Source of the DNA: an uncultured archaeon
Lineage (GTDB): Archaea; Iainarchaeota; Iainarchaeia; Iainarchaeales; Iainarchaeaceae
Direction of reading: 5' to 3'
DNA: 32,000 nt
NCBI GenBank assembly: GCA_964577555.1
Contig: CAZNZM010000004.1
Location: 87,671-119,670, forward strand
A program made the position numbers and the translations under genes. Positions 1 through 6,752 of the stretch are shown here, in pieces. The number at the start of each line of letters is the position of its first letter. The stretch's first letter is position 1. Under the pieces are notes generated by a model, which saw nothing but the letters and a program-made list of their open reading frames with translations, was not told the origin of the DNA and did not search any database.

Positions 1-1
1 T

Positions 2-1162
2 TTAGGATTCGACTTAAAAACAGGGTTGAACCTAGGCGTAGTAGACCACCATAACGTTCCAGTAAAATTAAATCTTTCAAGGACTTTACAAAAACACTTG
101 GCTATATTGGCAATGTCAGGAGCTGGAAAAAGCTATTTTACCTCAGTCCTTTTAGAAGAATTGCTTTCAAGAAAAAAAGAAGACGGCAGAATAGCAATAA
201 TAGTCATGGACGCCCACGGAGAATACCGTTCCTTTGCAGACCCAGTCACCGACCAAAAATACGTGGACTTCTCACCAATGACAAGATACATAAAAGGCTC
301 AGAAATACAAATCGGAGTACCAAAACTCACAACCACATTTATATCATCAATTCTGCCAGGAATGTCACAAGCACAAGAACGAGACCTTGCACGCATTATT
401 GACAAATTAAAAAAAGAAATGAAAGAAGGAGCCGGGCCTTTTGACTTTTCTTCAATAAAAGCAGAAATTTACACAGACCAAGAAATGAAAGAAAACACTA
501 AACAAGCACTCGCAGGATGGATAAACTCTCTAGAACAAATAGGCATTTTCTCAAAAGTTGACAGCCCATCAATTACAGATCTCATAACACCAGGAAAATT
601 AACCATAATAGATTTAAGCGATATAATTGACTTGAAAAAAAAACAAATCATAGTATCTTATTACGCACAAAAACTATTCAGCAACAGACGAATTGGCAAA
701 ATTTGCCCATTCAACCTAATAATTGAAGAAGCACACCAATTCGCACCTGAAAAAGTTTCCAGAGAAAATGCAATAAGCAAAAAAATCATTGAAACAATAG
801 CAAGGGAAGGCAGAAAATTCGGAGCATCAATATGCCTCATATCACAAAGACCAACACACTTATCTACAACAGCTCTAAGCCAATGCAACACACACATAAT
901 ATTAAGAGTAACAAACCCATACGATGTAGAAAACATAGGAAAATTAAGCGAAGGACTTGACAAAAGAAGCCTAGACATGATAACAACACTAAGAGTAGGA
1001 GAAGCTCTAATAGTAGGAGAAGCAGTAAACTACCCAGTATTCTTCAAGGTTAGAAAAAGACTATCACAAGAATCAAGACACGAAACCACTTTAGAAAAAG
1101 CTGCAAGAGAATTCGAAGAAAGACAAACACAAAAACAAAAAGACATAGAAAACTACATCTGA
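2..1162 (+). CDS. HerA-like (DUF87) P-loop ATPase, 5' end cut by window edge
   Basis: Frame is open from position 2 with no stop before the ORF-track start at 26. Walker A 'AMSGAGKS', Walker B-like 'LIIEEAHQF', 'ISQRP' segment typical of HerA/DUF87 ATPases. TGA stop at 1160-1162. Confidence 0.8.
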   Translation, partial: LGFDLKTGLNLGVVDHHNVPVKLNLSRTLQKHLAILAMSGAGKSYFTSVLLEELLSRKKEDGRIAIIVMDAHGEYRSFADPVTDQKYVDFSPMTRYIKGSEIQIGVPKLTTTFISSILPGMSQAQERDLARIIDKLKKEMKEGAGPFDFSSIKAEIYTDQEMKENTKQALAGWINSLEQIGIFSKVDSPSITDLITPGKLTIIDLSDIIDLKKKQIIVSYYAQKLFSNRRIGKICPFNLIIEEAHQFAPEKVSRENAISKKIIETIAREGRKFGASICLISQRPTHLSTTALSQCNTHIILRVTNPYDVENIGKLSEGLDKRSLDMITTLRVGEALIVGEAVNYPVFFKVRKRLSQESRHETTLEKAAREFEERQTQKQKDIENYI

Positions 1163-1312
1163 CAAAAAAAAACAACAAAAACAAAACTCACAAAAAAAAC
1201 AAGCCACAAAAAAAATCAAAATTTTCATAAAAAAATAAAAGAATTGACACGCAAAAACAAAAAAACAACACAAACAACAACCTAAAAAAAACAAAAATAC
1301 AAAACAAGCTTA
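1163..1312 (+). repeat. A-tract spacer with embedded cores (locus 0), partial copy of the 'ctcacaaaaaaaacaagccac' module
   Basis: 1187-1207 'ctcacaaaaaaaacaagccac' parallels 23146-23167 and 5497-5516. 'aattgacacgc' at 1241-1251. Confidence 0.5.
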
Positions 1313-1321
1313 ACAGAAACG

Positions 1322-1329
1322 TATTTAAA
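1322..1329 (+). promoter_or_regulatory. TATA-like box for the 1352-5179 operon (leaderless or near-leaderless)
   Basis: 'tatttaaa' lies about 25 nt upstream of ATG 1352. No Shine-Dalgarno in between. Confidence 0.4.
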
Positions 1330-1351
1330 GTAAAAAGTTATTCAATTTTTC

Positions 1352-1750
1352 ATGAAAGCTATTTTTGAAGTCAAAACAATGCAAACACAATGGAAACCAC
1401 CATTCAAAAAAACTTCAACAGAAAACCAATTTAAAGTTTCAGAAGGGGAAAGCTTTGACCATATTAATGCAAACGGCAATGACGAAGACATATTCCAACT
1501 CATAAAAATAAAAGGAGACAAAGCACTAATAAAGCACAGCAGAGTATTCACAATAAAAAATCCAGCCACGGCACAAGTAGAAAAAGACAGAGGATTATGG
1601 CTCACAATTGAAAAAAGCGAAGCACTAACATATTTATGGGGAGAGCAAGGAATAACAAAAATAATAACCTACAAAGGAATTTCTGAAGAACTTGACGAAC
1701 AAACAAAACAAGAAATAGCGGAAGATCTAATTATTCAACAGGCGCAATAA
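1352..1750 (+). CDS. hypothetical protein (132 aa)
   Basis: Intact ORF at the head of a tightly packed + strand operon, with normal non-repetitive composition. No motif recognised. Confidence 0.6.
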   Translation: MKAIFEVKTMQTQWKPPFKKTSTENQFKVSEGESFDHINANGNDEDIFQLIKIKGDKALIKHSRVFTIKNPATAQVEKDRGLWLTIEKSEALTYLWGEQGITKIITYKGISEELDEQTKQEIAEDLIIQQAQ

Positions 1751-1751
1751 A

Positions 1752-2015
1752 ATGACACAAAGAATATACCAAATTGACTCATACGCCAAAGAATGCGAAG
1801 CCACTATAACAAAAGCCGAAGAAAAATTTGCATACTTGGACAAAACAATATTCTACCCCCAAAGCGGAGGACAACCAAGCGATACAGGAAAAATAATAGA
1901 CCAAAAAGGCAACGAATACAAAGTAATTTCTGCAAAAAACAACGGAGAAGACATTATTTTAGAATTGGATAAAGAAGGAATATCAGAAGGAAAAGCAAAA
2001 TGCATACTAGACTGA
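1752..2015 (+). CDS. alaX: AlaX-type alanyl-tRNA editing protein, N-terminal fragment (ends at in-frame TGA 2013-2015)
   Basis: 'IYQIDSYAKECEATI...LDKTIFYPQSGGQPSDTGKI' matches the N-domain of AlaX-M / AlaRS-type proteins. Same reading frame as 2034-2456. Confidence 0.8.
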   Translation: MTQRIYQIDSYAKECEATITKAEEKFAYLDKTIFYPQSGGQPSDTGKIIDQKGNEYKVISAKNNGEDIILELDKEGISEGKAKCILD

Positions 2016-2033
2016 GACAGGCGATACAAACTA

Positions 2034-2456
2034 ATGAAAATGCACACATCATCACATATACTTTCAGCAATAATAAACCAAGAAACACAAGCACTAATTA
2101 CAGGAAACCAACTAGAAGAACAAGAATCCAGAATGGATTTCAACGCAAAAAAAATCGACAAAGAAACAATTGAAAAAATAGAAACCAAAGCAAACCAAAT
2201 AATAACAAGCAACATAGAAATCAAAATATCCTTTGAAAGAAAAGAAATAGCAATGCAAAGGCCAGAACTATTCAAACTAAAAGACGTTCTGCCAAAAAAC
2301 ATTCCGATATTTAGAATAGTTTCAATAGGAAACTTTGACATACAAGCAGACGGAGGAACACACGTCAAAAACACAAAAGAAATAGGAAAAATAAAAATAA
2401 CAAACTTCAAAAACAAAGGAGCGGAAAACAAAAGAATATACTGGCAACTAATCTAA
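2034..2456 (+). CDS. alaX: AlaX-type alanyl-tRNA editing protein, C-terminal fragment (editing core)
   Basis: 'MHTSSHIL' is the HxxxH zinc motif. 'ADGGTHVKNTKEIG' corresponds to the CxxxH motif with Asp in place of Cys. In frame with 1752-2015. Confidence 0.8.
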   Translation: MKMHTSSHILSAIINQETQALITGNQLEEQESRMDFNAKKIDKETIEKIETKANQIITSNIEIKISFERKEIAMQRPELFKLKDVLPKNIPIFRIVSIGNFDIQADGGTHVKNTKEIGKIKITNFKNKGAENKRIYWQLI

Positions 2457-2516
2457 AATACACAAACCTAAAAAACAAAAGATTAAAATTAAATTAACCT
2501 ACACGCTAATTCAAAC

Positions 2517-2867
2517 ATGGAATACAAACAAATAATAATAATAAGAAATGACTTAAAAATGGGAAAAGGAAAAATAGCAGCACAAGCCGCACACGCAAGC
2601 TTAGAAGCATACGAAAAAACACTTAAAGAAAAACCGGAATGGGTTTCAACATGGAAAAAAACAGGGCAAGCAAAAATAGTGCTCAAAACACAAACAAAAA
2701 AAGAACTAACAGAACTATTTGAAAATATAAAAAAAGAAGTCCCAGCAACAATGATAAAAGACGCTGGAAAAACACAAATAGAAGCAGGAGAACCAACAGC
2801 AATAGGAATAGGACCATGCCCAGAAACAAAAGTTAATAAATTCACAAAAAACCTAAAACTATTATGA
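2517..2867 (+). CDS. pth2: peptidyl-tRNA hydrolase, archaeal/eukaryotic Pth2 type
   Basis: 'IIIRNDLKMGKGKIAAQAAHASL', 'KIVLK', 'IKDAGKTQIEAGEPTAIGIGP' and a C-terminal 'LKLL' are hallmarks of the Pth2 family. Confidence 0.95.
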   Translation: MEYKQIIIIRNDLKMGKGKIAAQAAHASLEAYEKTLKEKPEWVSTWKKTGQAKIVLKTQTKKELTELFENIKKEVPATMIKDAGKTQIEAGEPTAIGIGPCPETKVNKFTKNLKLL

Positions 2868-3088
2868 AAAAAAATAAAACAACTTACCTAATAATAGGAA
2901 TTCTAACAATAATAATTACAATTACACTAGTCATAACATTAAACGACATGAAAAAAATATTTTTCACAAACAAATTATTTTCAAACCTTAACCCATCCTG
3001 GATTTTCATAATAATAGGAACCATGACAATATGCGGAGCATACTTATTCAGCATAGCCACAAAAATATTAAAAGAAACAACGAGGTAA
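2864..3088 (+). CDS. small membrane protein (74 aa, two predicted TM helices)
   Basis: ATGA start/stop overlap with pth2. Two hydrophobic stretches. No homology recognised. Confidence 0.5.
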   Translation: MKKNKTTYLIIGILTIIITITLVITLNDMKKIFFTNKLFSNLNPSWIFIIIGTMTICGAYLFSIATKILKETTR

Positions 3089-3093
3089 AAAAA

Positions 3094-3852
3094 ATGAAAA
3101 ACTGGGAAACAATAAAAAAAGTAATAAAAGATTCAGACATTGTCATTGAAGTAATAGACGCAAGATTCCCAGAATTAAGCAGAAACACGCAACTTGAAGA
3201 AATAATAAAAAAATCAAAAAAAAAACTTCTCATAGTAATAAACAAATCCGACTTAATATCCAAAAAAAAAGCACAAAAAATAAAAAACAAAATAAAAGAA
3301 AACGCAATATTTATTTCTGCAAAAAAAAGAACAGGAACAATAATTCTAAAAAAAACAATAAAAAAACTTGCTAAAAACGAAAAAACAAAAATAGCAATAA
3401 CAGGATACCCAAACACAGGAAAAAGCAGCATAATAAACATGCTAAAAGGAAAAAAAAGCGCACCAGTATCACCAACAGCAGGATTCACAAAAGGAATGCA
3501 AAACATAAAAATAGACTCAAAAATAATGATGATAGACACTCCAGGAGTAATACCAATAGAAGAATACAATGAAACCAAAATGGCGATAATATCAGCAAAA
3601 AACGTACAATCAATAAAAGACTTAGAATCAACAGGAATAGAAATAGCAGAAACACTGCTAAAAGACAACAAAACAGAAATAGAAAACCACTATGGAATAA
3701 AAGCGGACAACGGCGAAGAACTACTCATAAAAATAGCTGAAAAAAGAAAACTACTCAAAAAAGGAGGAGAATACAACCTTAACGAAGCGGCCAGAATACT
3801 AATAACAGACATGCAAAGAGGCACATTAAAAATAAAAAAAGGAAAAACATGA
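3094..3852 (+). CDS. circularly permuted ribosome-biogenesis GTPase (YlqF/RbgA/MMR1-HSR1 family)
   Basis: Permuted motif order G4 'NKSD', G1 'GYPNTGKSS', G3 'DTPG'. ATG 3094 lies just after the stop of the preceding ORF. The ORF-track start at 3031 overlaps that ORF and is unlikely. Confidence 0.85.
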   Translation: MKNWETIKKVIKDSDIVIEVIDARFPELSRNTQLEEIIKKSKKKLLIVINKSDLISKKKAQKIKNKIKENAIFISAKKRTGTIILKKTIKKLAKNEKTKIAITGYPNTGKSSIINMLKGKKSAPVSPTAGFTKGMQNIKIDSKIMMIDTPGVIPIEEYNETKMAIISAKNVQSIKDLESTGIEIAETLLKDNKTEIENHYGIKADNGEELLIKIAEKRKLLKKGGEYNLNEAARILITDMQRGTLKIKKGKT

Positions 3853-3859
3853 ATAAGTC

Positions 3860-4525
3860 ATGATATCACAGACATACAAAGAACCAATACAAGTATTTAT
3901 TGCAATTTATGCAATATTTGGAATAATAATATTTTACATAATATTTTCAAACCAAGGATTTGAAATACAGGAAAAATTCAATCAAAACACGAAACAAAAA
4001 GAATATTTCCTACAAAACCTCACAAAAAGAAAAATAAACGACATAAACATCACATACTTAGACAACAAAAACCAAAAAATACTCAAAAACGAGACAATAA
4101 AAGAACTTATGCCTGAAGAAAAAAAAACACTTAACATAGAATCAATTTCAGCATCAGAAATAAAAATCATAGCAACAAGTACATTCTACAACCAAGCAGA
4201 AAAAATCATTCTGTTTGAAACACAAAAACCTACAATAAAAACAACATACCCTAGCACAGTAAAATTCGGACAAAGATTCAACTTTATATTAGAATACTGC
4301 AACAACGACAATACAGAAACACAAAAAACAACAATTGAAGAAAACCACGACAAAATATTTTTCTTGGAAAAACCGATAACAAAAACACTCCAAGTAAAAA
4401 CAGGAGAATGTGAAAAAATAACATATAACTTTTTAGCAGCACACAGAGGAGAAACCAAAATATATTTTAATGTAATAACCCCAAATACTAACCAACAAAT
4501 AGAAGAAATAATAAGAGTTGAATAA
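3860..4525 (+). CDS. hypothetical N-terminally membrane-anchored protein (221 aa)
   Basis: N-terminal hydrophobic helix 'VFIAIYAIFGIIIFYIIF' followed by a beta-rich-looking extracytoplasmic region. In an operon. Confidence 0.6.
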   Translation: MISQTYKEPIQVFIAIYAIFGIIIFYIIFSNQGFEIQEKFNQNTKQKEYFLQNLTKRKINDINITYLDNKNQKILKNETIKELMPEEKKTLNIESISASEIKIIATSTFYNQAEKIILFETQKPTIKTTYPSTVKFGQRFNFILEYCNNDNTETQKTTIEENHDKIFFLEKPITKTLQVKTGECEKITYNFLAAHRGETKIYFNVITPNTNQQIEEIIRVE

Positions 4526-4528
4526 ACT

Positions 4529-5179
4529 ATGAAGCAAAACAGCAGCATAATAGAAATAATAGAAAAAATGGTCAGGGACGGCGAACCAGAAGAAAAAATA
4601 TTAAAAACACTCCTCGAGCTCGGCGTGGAACCTGAAAAAGCAAAAAAACTGCTTCTGTTGGGGCAAGCAGATACATTTTCACTACTTAAAAGAGAAATAA
4701 GAAACATAGTACACGATGAATTAGAAAAAGAAAAACCAATGCTCAAAAAATTCATAGAAGAAGAAACAATACAAGCAAACTACGAAGCAAGACAAGAACT
4801 GACAAAAGCAGTAATAAGCGACCTAAAAGAATATGAAAAAGACATTTCAGGATACAACAAAACATTCCAAGAAAAAATTGAAGAAAATGTCAGAAAAATA
4901 ACCGAAATGAACGACAAACTAAAAATAAAACTAAACGAAATGGGAGAAAACCTTAGACAAGTACAAATAGACATGGATGAAATGAGAATAAAAGGAATAG
5001 GGTCAAGAAACAAACTAATAAGCAACGCACTCTGGCTATTAGGACTATTTTTCGGAGTTGGAACATTCTACATTTTCATCACAAGTTTCGGACAAGCACT
5101 AACAATCGACAACATAATAGTAATGATAACAATGGCGCTAATCACAATAACAATGCTTTTTGTGGCAACAATAATATGA
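4529..5179 (+). CDS. hypothetical coiled-coil protein with C-terminal TM helices (216 aa)
   Basis: N-terminal 'LLELGVEPEKAKKLL' UBA-like helix pair (a weak impression), long K/E heptad-like middle, two C-terminal hydrophobic helices. Confidence 0.6.
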   Translation: MKQNSSIIEIIEKMVRDGEPEEKILKTLLELGVEPEKAKKLLLLGQADTFSLLKREIRNIVHDELEKEKPMLKKFIEEETIQANYEARQELTKAVISDLKEYEKDISGYNKTFQEKIEENVRKITEMNDKLKIKLNEMGENLRQVQIDMDEMRIKGIGSRNKLISNALWLLGLFFGVGTFYIFITSFGQALTIDNIIVMITMALITITMLFVATII

Positions 5180-5640
5180 AAAAGCCAAAAACAAGTTCAA
5201 AAAAAACAAACAAAAAAATTAATTGAAAACTAAAAATGAAAACACGCTTCACTAAAAAAAACGGCTCTACAAGAAAAAGACCATAAACGATTGAATTTTA
5301 AAATTAAAAATTGACAAAAAAAACTTGGCTAAAAAAAAACAGACAAACAAAAATTCAAAAAAAACAAAAAAACGGCTCACAAAAACAAACAACAAAAAAA
5401 ACCAACCAAAAAAAAATAAGAAAAAAAATGACTTGCAAAAAAACAAAAAAAAATAACAAAAAAACTTGACAAGCAACATCAAAAAAACAAAATTGGCTTG
5501 CAAAAAAACAAGCCACAACAAAATAATTGACAAAAAAAATCGTCCAACAAAAAAACCAAAAAAACCGCAAAAAAATGGCTCACAAAAAACAAAAAAATAA
5601 TGACAAAAAAAGGCTCGCCAAAACAAATTTAAAAAAAATA
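5180..5640 (+). repeat. A-tract modular repeat locus A
   Basis: Cores at 5311-5316 (ttgaca), 5324-5330 (cttggct), 5373-5380 (cggctcac), 5429-5436 (tgacttgc), 5465-5474 (cttgacaagc), 5493-5501 (ttggcttgc), 5576-5583 (tggctcac) and 5612-5619 (ggctcgcc), each flanked by A6-A9 runs. 5488-5583 is near-identical to 23137-23233. Confidence 0.85.
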
Positions 5641-5646
5641 AAAAAA
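5631..5646 (-). terminator. oligo-T tract terminator candidate for the minus-strand hjc unit
   Basis: Read on the minus strand, T7 and T8 runs follow directly after the stop of the 5770-5648 ORF. Oligo-T is the known archaeal termination signal. Confidence 0.45.
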
Positions 5647-5647
5647 T

Positions 5648-5770
5648 TCAAGCTTTCTCATAATCCTTCAAATTCTTTAAAGCGTTCTCAAGCAAAATTT
5701 TTTTCCTCAAACTTTTTTCCTTAGAAATCAACCGGTCGATTTCACTTATAATCATTTCAATTTCCAACAT
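5648..5770 (-). CDS. candidate small protein (40 aa, amphipathic helix), below the ORF-track size cutoff
   Basis: My translation is MLEIEMIISEIDRLISKEKSLRKKILLENALKNLKDYEKA. The ORF limits coincide with the only non-A-tract island in the 640-bp spacer. It lies 50 nt downstream of hjc on the same strand and is followed by T-runs. Confidence 0.35.
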   Translation of the reverse strand: MLEIEMIISEIDRLISKEKSLRKKILLENALKNLKDYEKA

Positions 5771-5820
5771 ATTACTAATAAATCATTCGAGCAATTTAAA
5801 AATAAAAGCAAAAAAAATAA

Positions 5821-6222
5821 TCAACGCAAAGTGCTTTGCAAACCACAAAGAACATCAATAGAAACACCAAACTTTCTCGCCTTTTCAAACGAAATAGTAT
5901 AATACTTTCCCTTGGCAAAATCAGAAGCCTTAAGAAAAAACCAGCCTTTATTAGGATACTTCCAAGCAATATAAGTTTCACTGCCAGCAATCCTCTCCCA
6001 CTTTATGAGGTCATTCATTTGAATGGAACTAATAGCTAAATAAGGAGCTCTCCAAGCCTTACATTCTATTGAAATATTCCTGCCATTACCAAGCACAATA
6101 AGGTCAGGGCTAGGCAAATGATTCTTGCCAGAACCAGCACTGCGAACAACAGCAAAACCGCGTTCAGCAAAAAGCTCCATAAGTTCACGCTCAGCACTTG
6201 CCCCTTTATTATAACGAGCCAT
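5821..6222 (-). CDS. hjc: Holliday junction resolvase Hjc
   Basis: 'GASAERELMELFAERGFAVVRSAGSG', 'PDLIV' and 'IECK' match the archaeal Hjc nuclease motifs (E...D...E-x-K). Confidence 0.9.
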   Translation of the reverse strand: MARYNKGASAERELMELFAERGFAVVRSAGSGKNHLPSPDLIVLGNGRNISIECKAWRAPYLAISSIQMNDLIKWERIAGSETYIAWKYPNKGWFFLKASDFAKGKYYTISFEKARKFGVSIDVLCGLQSTLR

Positions 6223-6243
6223 AAAAAAACTAACAACACTTTC

Positions 6244-6253
6244 ATTTAAAATT
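6244..6253 (-). promoter_or_regulatory. TATA-like box for hjc (leaderless)
   Basis: Minus strand reads 'attttaaatg', centred about 27 nt upstream of the hjc ATG (6222). Confidence 0.45.
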
Positions 6254-6446
6254 TGAAGCCCGACAAAAAAACCAAAACAAAAACAAAAAAACAGAGCCTA
6301 CAAGGTTTGACGAAAAATTAAACAGAAAAAGGCACAACGTCACATTAATATACTTTTTCCAAGCAAAAATAAATACAAGCCCAAAAGGGCATTATGCTTA
6401 GAGAATCAGGATTTAAGCTTTTGAAACAAAAAAAATTGGTTATTGC

Positions 6447-6728
6447 GTGACACAAAAAATCGCAAAAATAGAATTGGAAACAATCCCTAATTCAGACAAA
6501 TTCAGAATTATGGGTTTCAATCCATGGACAGGAAGACTAAGAGTCAAAATAAAATCAAAAGCTCAAAAAGGAGAAGCTAATAAAGAACTTTTATTAGAAT
6601 TTCAAAAAATATTCAAAAACGAAGCACAAATCCTTTCAGGAGAAAAAAGCAGAAAAAAAACAATACTGCTAAAAAACATCTCGGAAAAGGAAGCAAAAGA
6701 AACACTTACAAAAAAAAGCAAATCCTGA
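6447..6728 (+). CDS. DUF167 / YggU-family (UPF0235) protein
   Basis: 'RLRVKIKSKAQKGEANKELLLEFQKIF...ILSGEKSRKKTILL' matches the DUF167 signature (GKAN...SG..SR.K). GTG start at 6447. Confidence 0.75.
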   Translation: MTQKIAKIELETIPNSDKFRIMGFNPWTGRLRVKIKSKAQKGEANKELLLEFQKIFKNEAQILSGEKSRKKTILLKNISEKEAKETLTKKSKS

Positions 6729-6752
6729 TTCTAAAAACCAAAAAAAAAGGAG

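Noticed and set aside
2013-2015. Genome-wide TGA reassignment (to Trp or Gly), or selenocysteine, as the explanation for the AlaX in-frame TGA.
   Set aside because: Many genes in the window terminate at TGA at the expected protein ends: pth2 ends at its conserved KLL, there are ATGA overlaps at 2864 and 22194, a tandem TGA-TAA at 13521, and srp54. No other in-frame TGA was seen, and I saw no obvious SECIS-like hairpin downstream.
5311-5316. The recurrent TTGACA hexamers as bacterial sigma70 -35 boxes.
   Set aside because: The gene content is archaeal, promoters here look like TATA/BRE with leaderless starts, and no matching -10 element sits at the proper spacing.
5267-5626. Minus-strand ORFs rich in F/L/C across the A-tract spacers (5267-5626, 5355-5570, 1091-1294, 12241-12522, 12293-12493, 18421-18693, 18584-18778, 23147-23341).
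   Set aside because: They are simply translations of T-runs on the complementary strand (poly-Phe/Leu). They have no start context and overlap each other in different frames. Their shared peptide strings only reflect the DNA repeats.
5180-5640. The spacer arrays as a CRISPR array.
   Set aside because: Core-to-core spacing is irregular (about 28 to 83 bp). There is no constant repeat with unique spacers, and no cas genes in the window.
5527-5724. Plus-strand K/N/Q-rich ORFs in spacers or in alternative frames of real genes (5527-5724, 11950-12204, 13766-13966, 18952-19329, 20411-20866, 21360-21554).
   Set aside because: In T-poor sequence, stop codons are rare in every + frame, so long open frames arise by chance. 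These are low-complexity and overlap well-supported genes or repeat arrays.
6394-6450. An 18-codon upstream ORF (MLRESGFKLLKQKKLVIA) overlapping the GTG start of the DUF167 gene.
   Set aside because: It is too short, has no SD or conservation evidence, and is plausibly a chance ORF in the leader.
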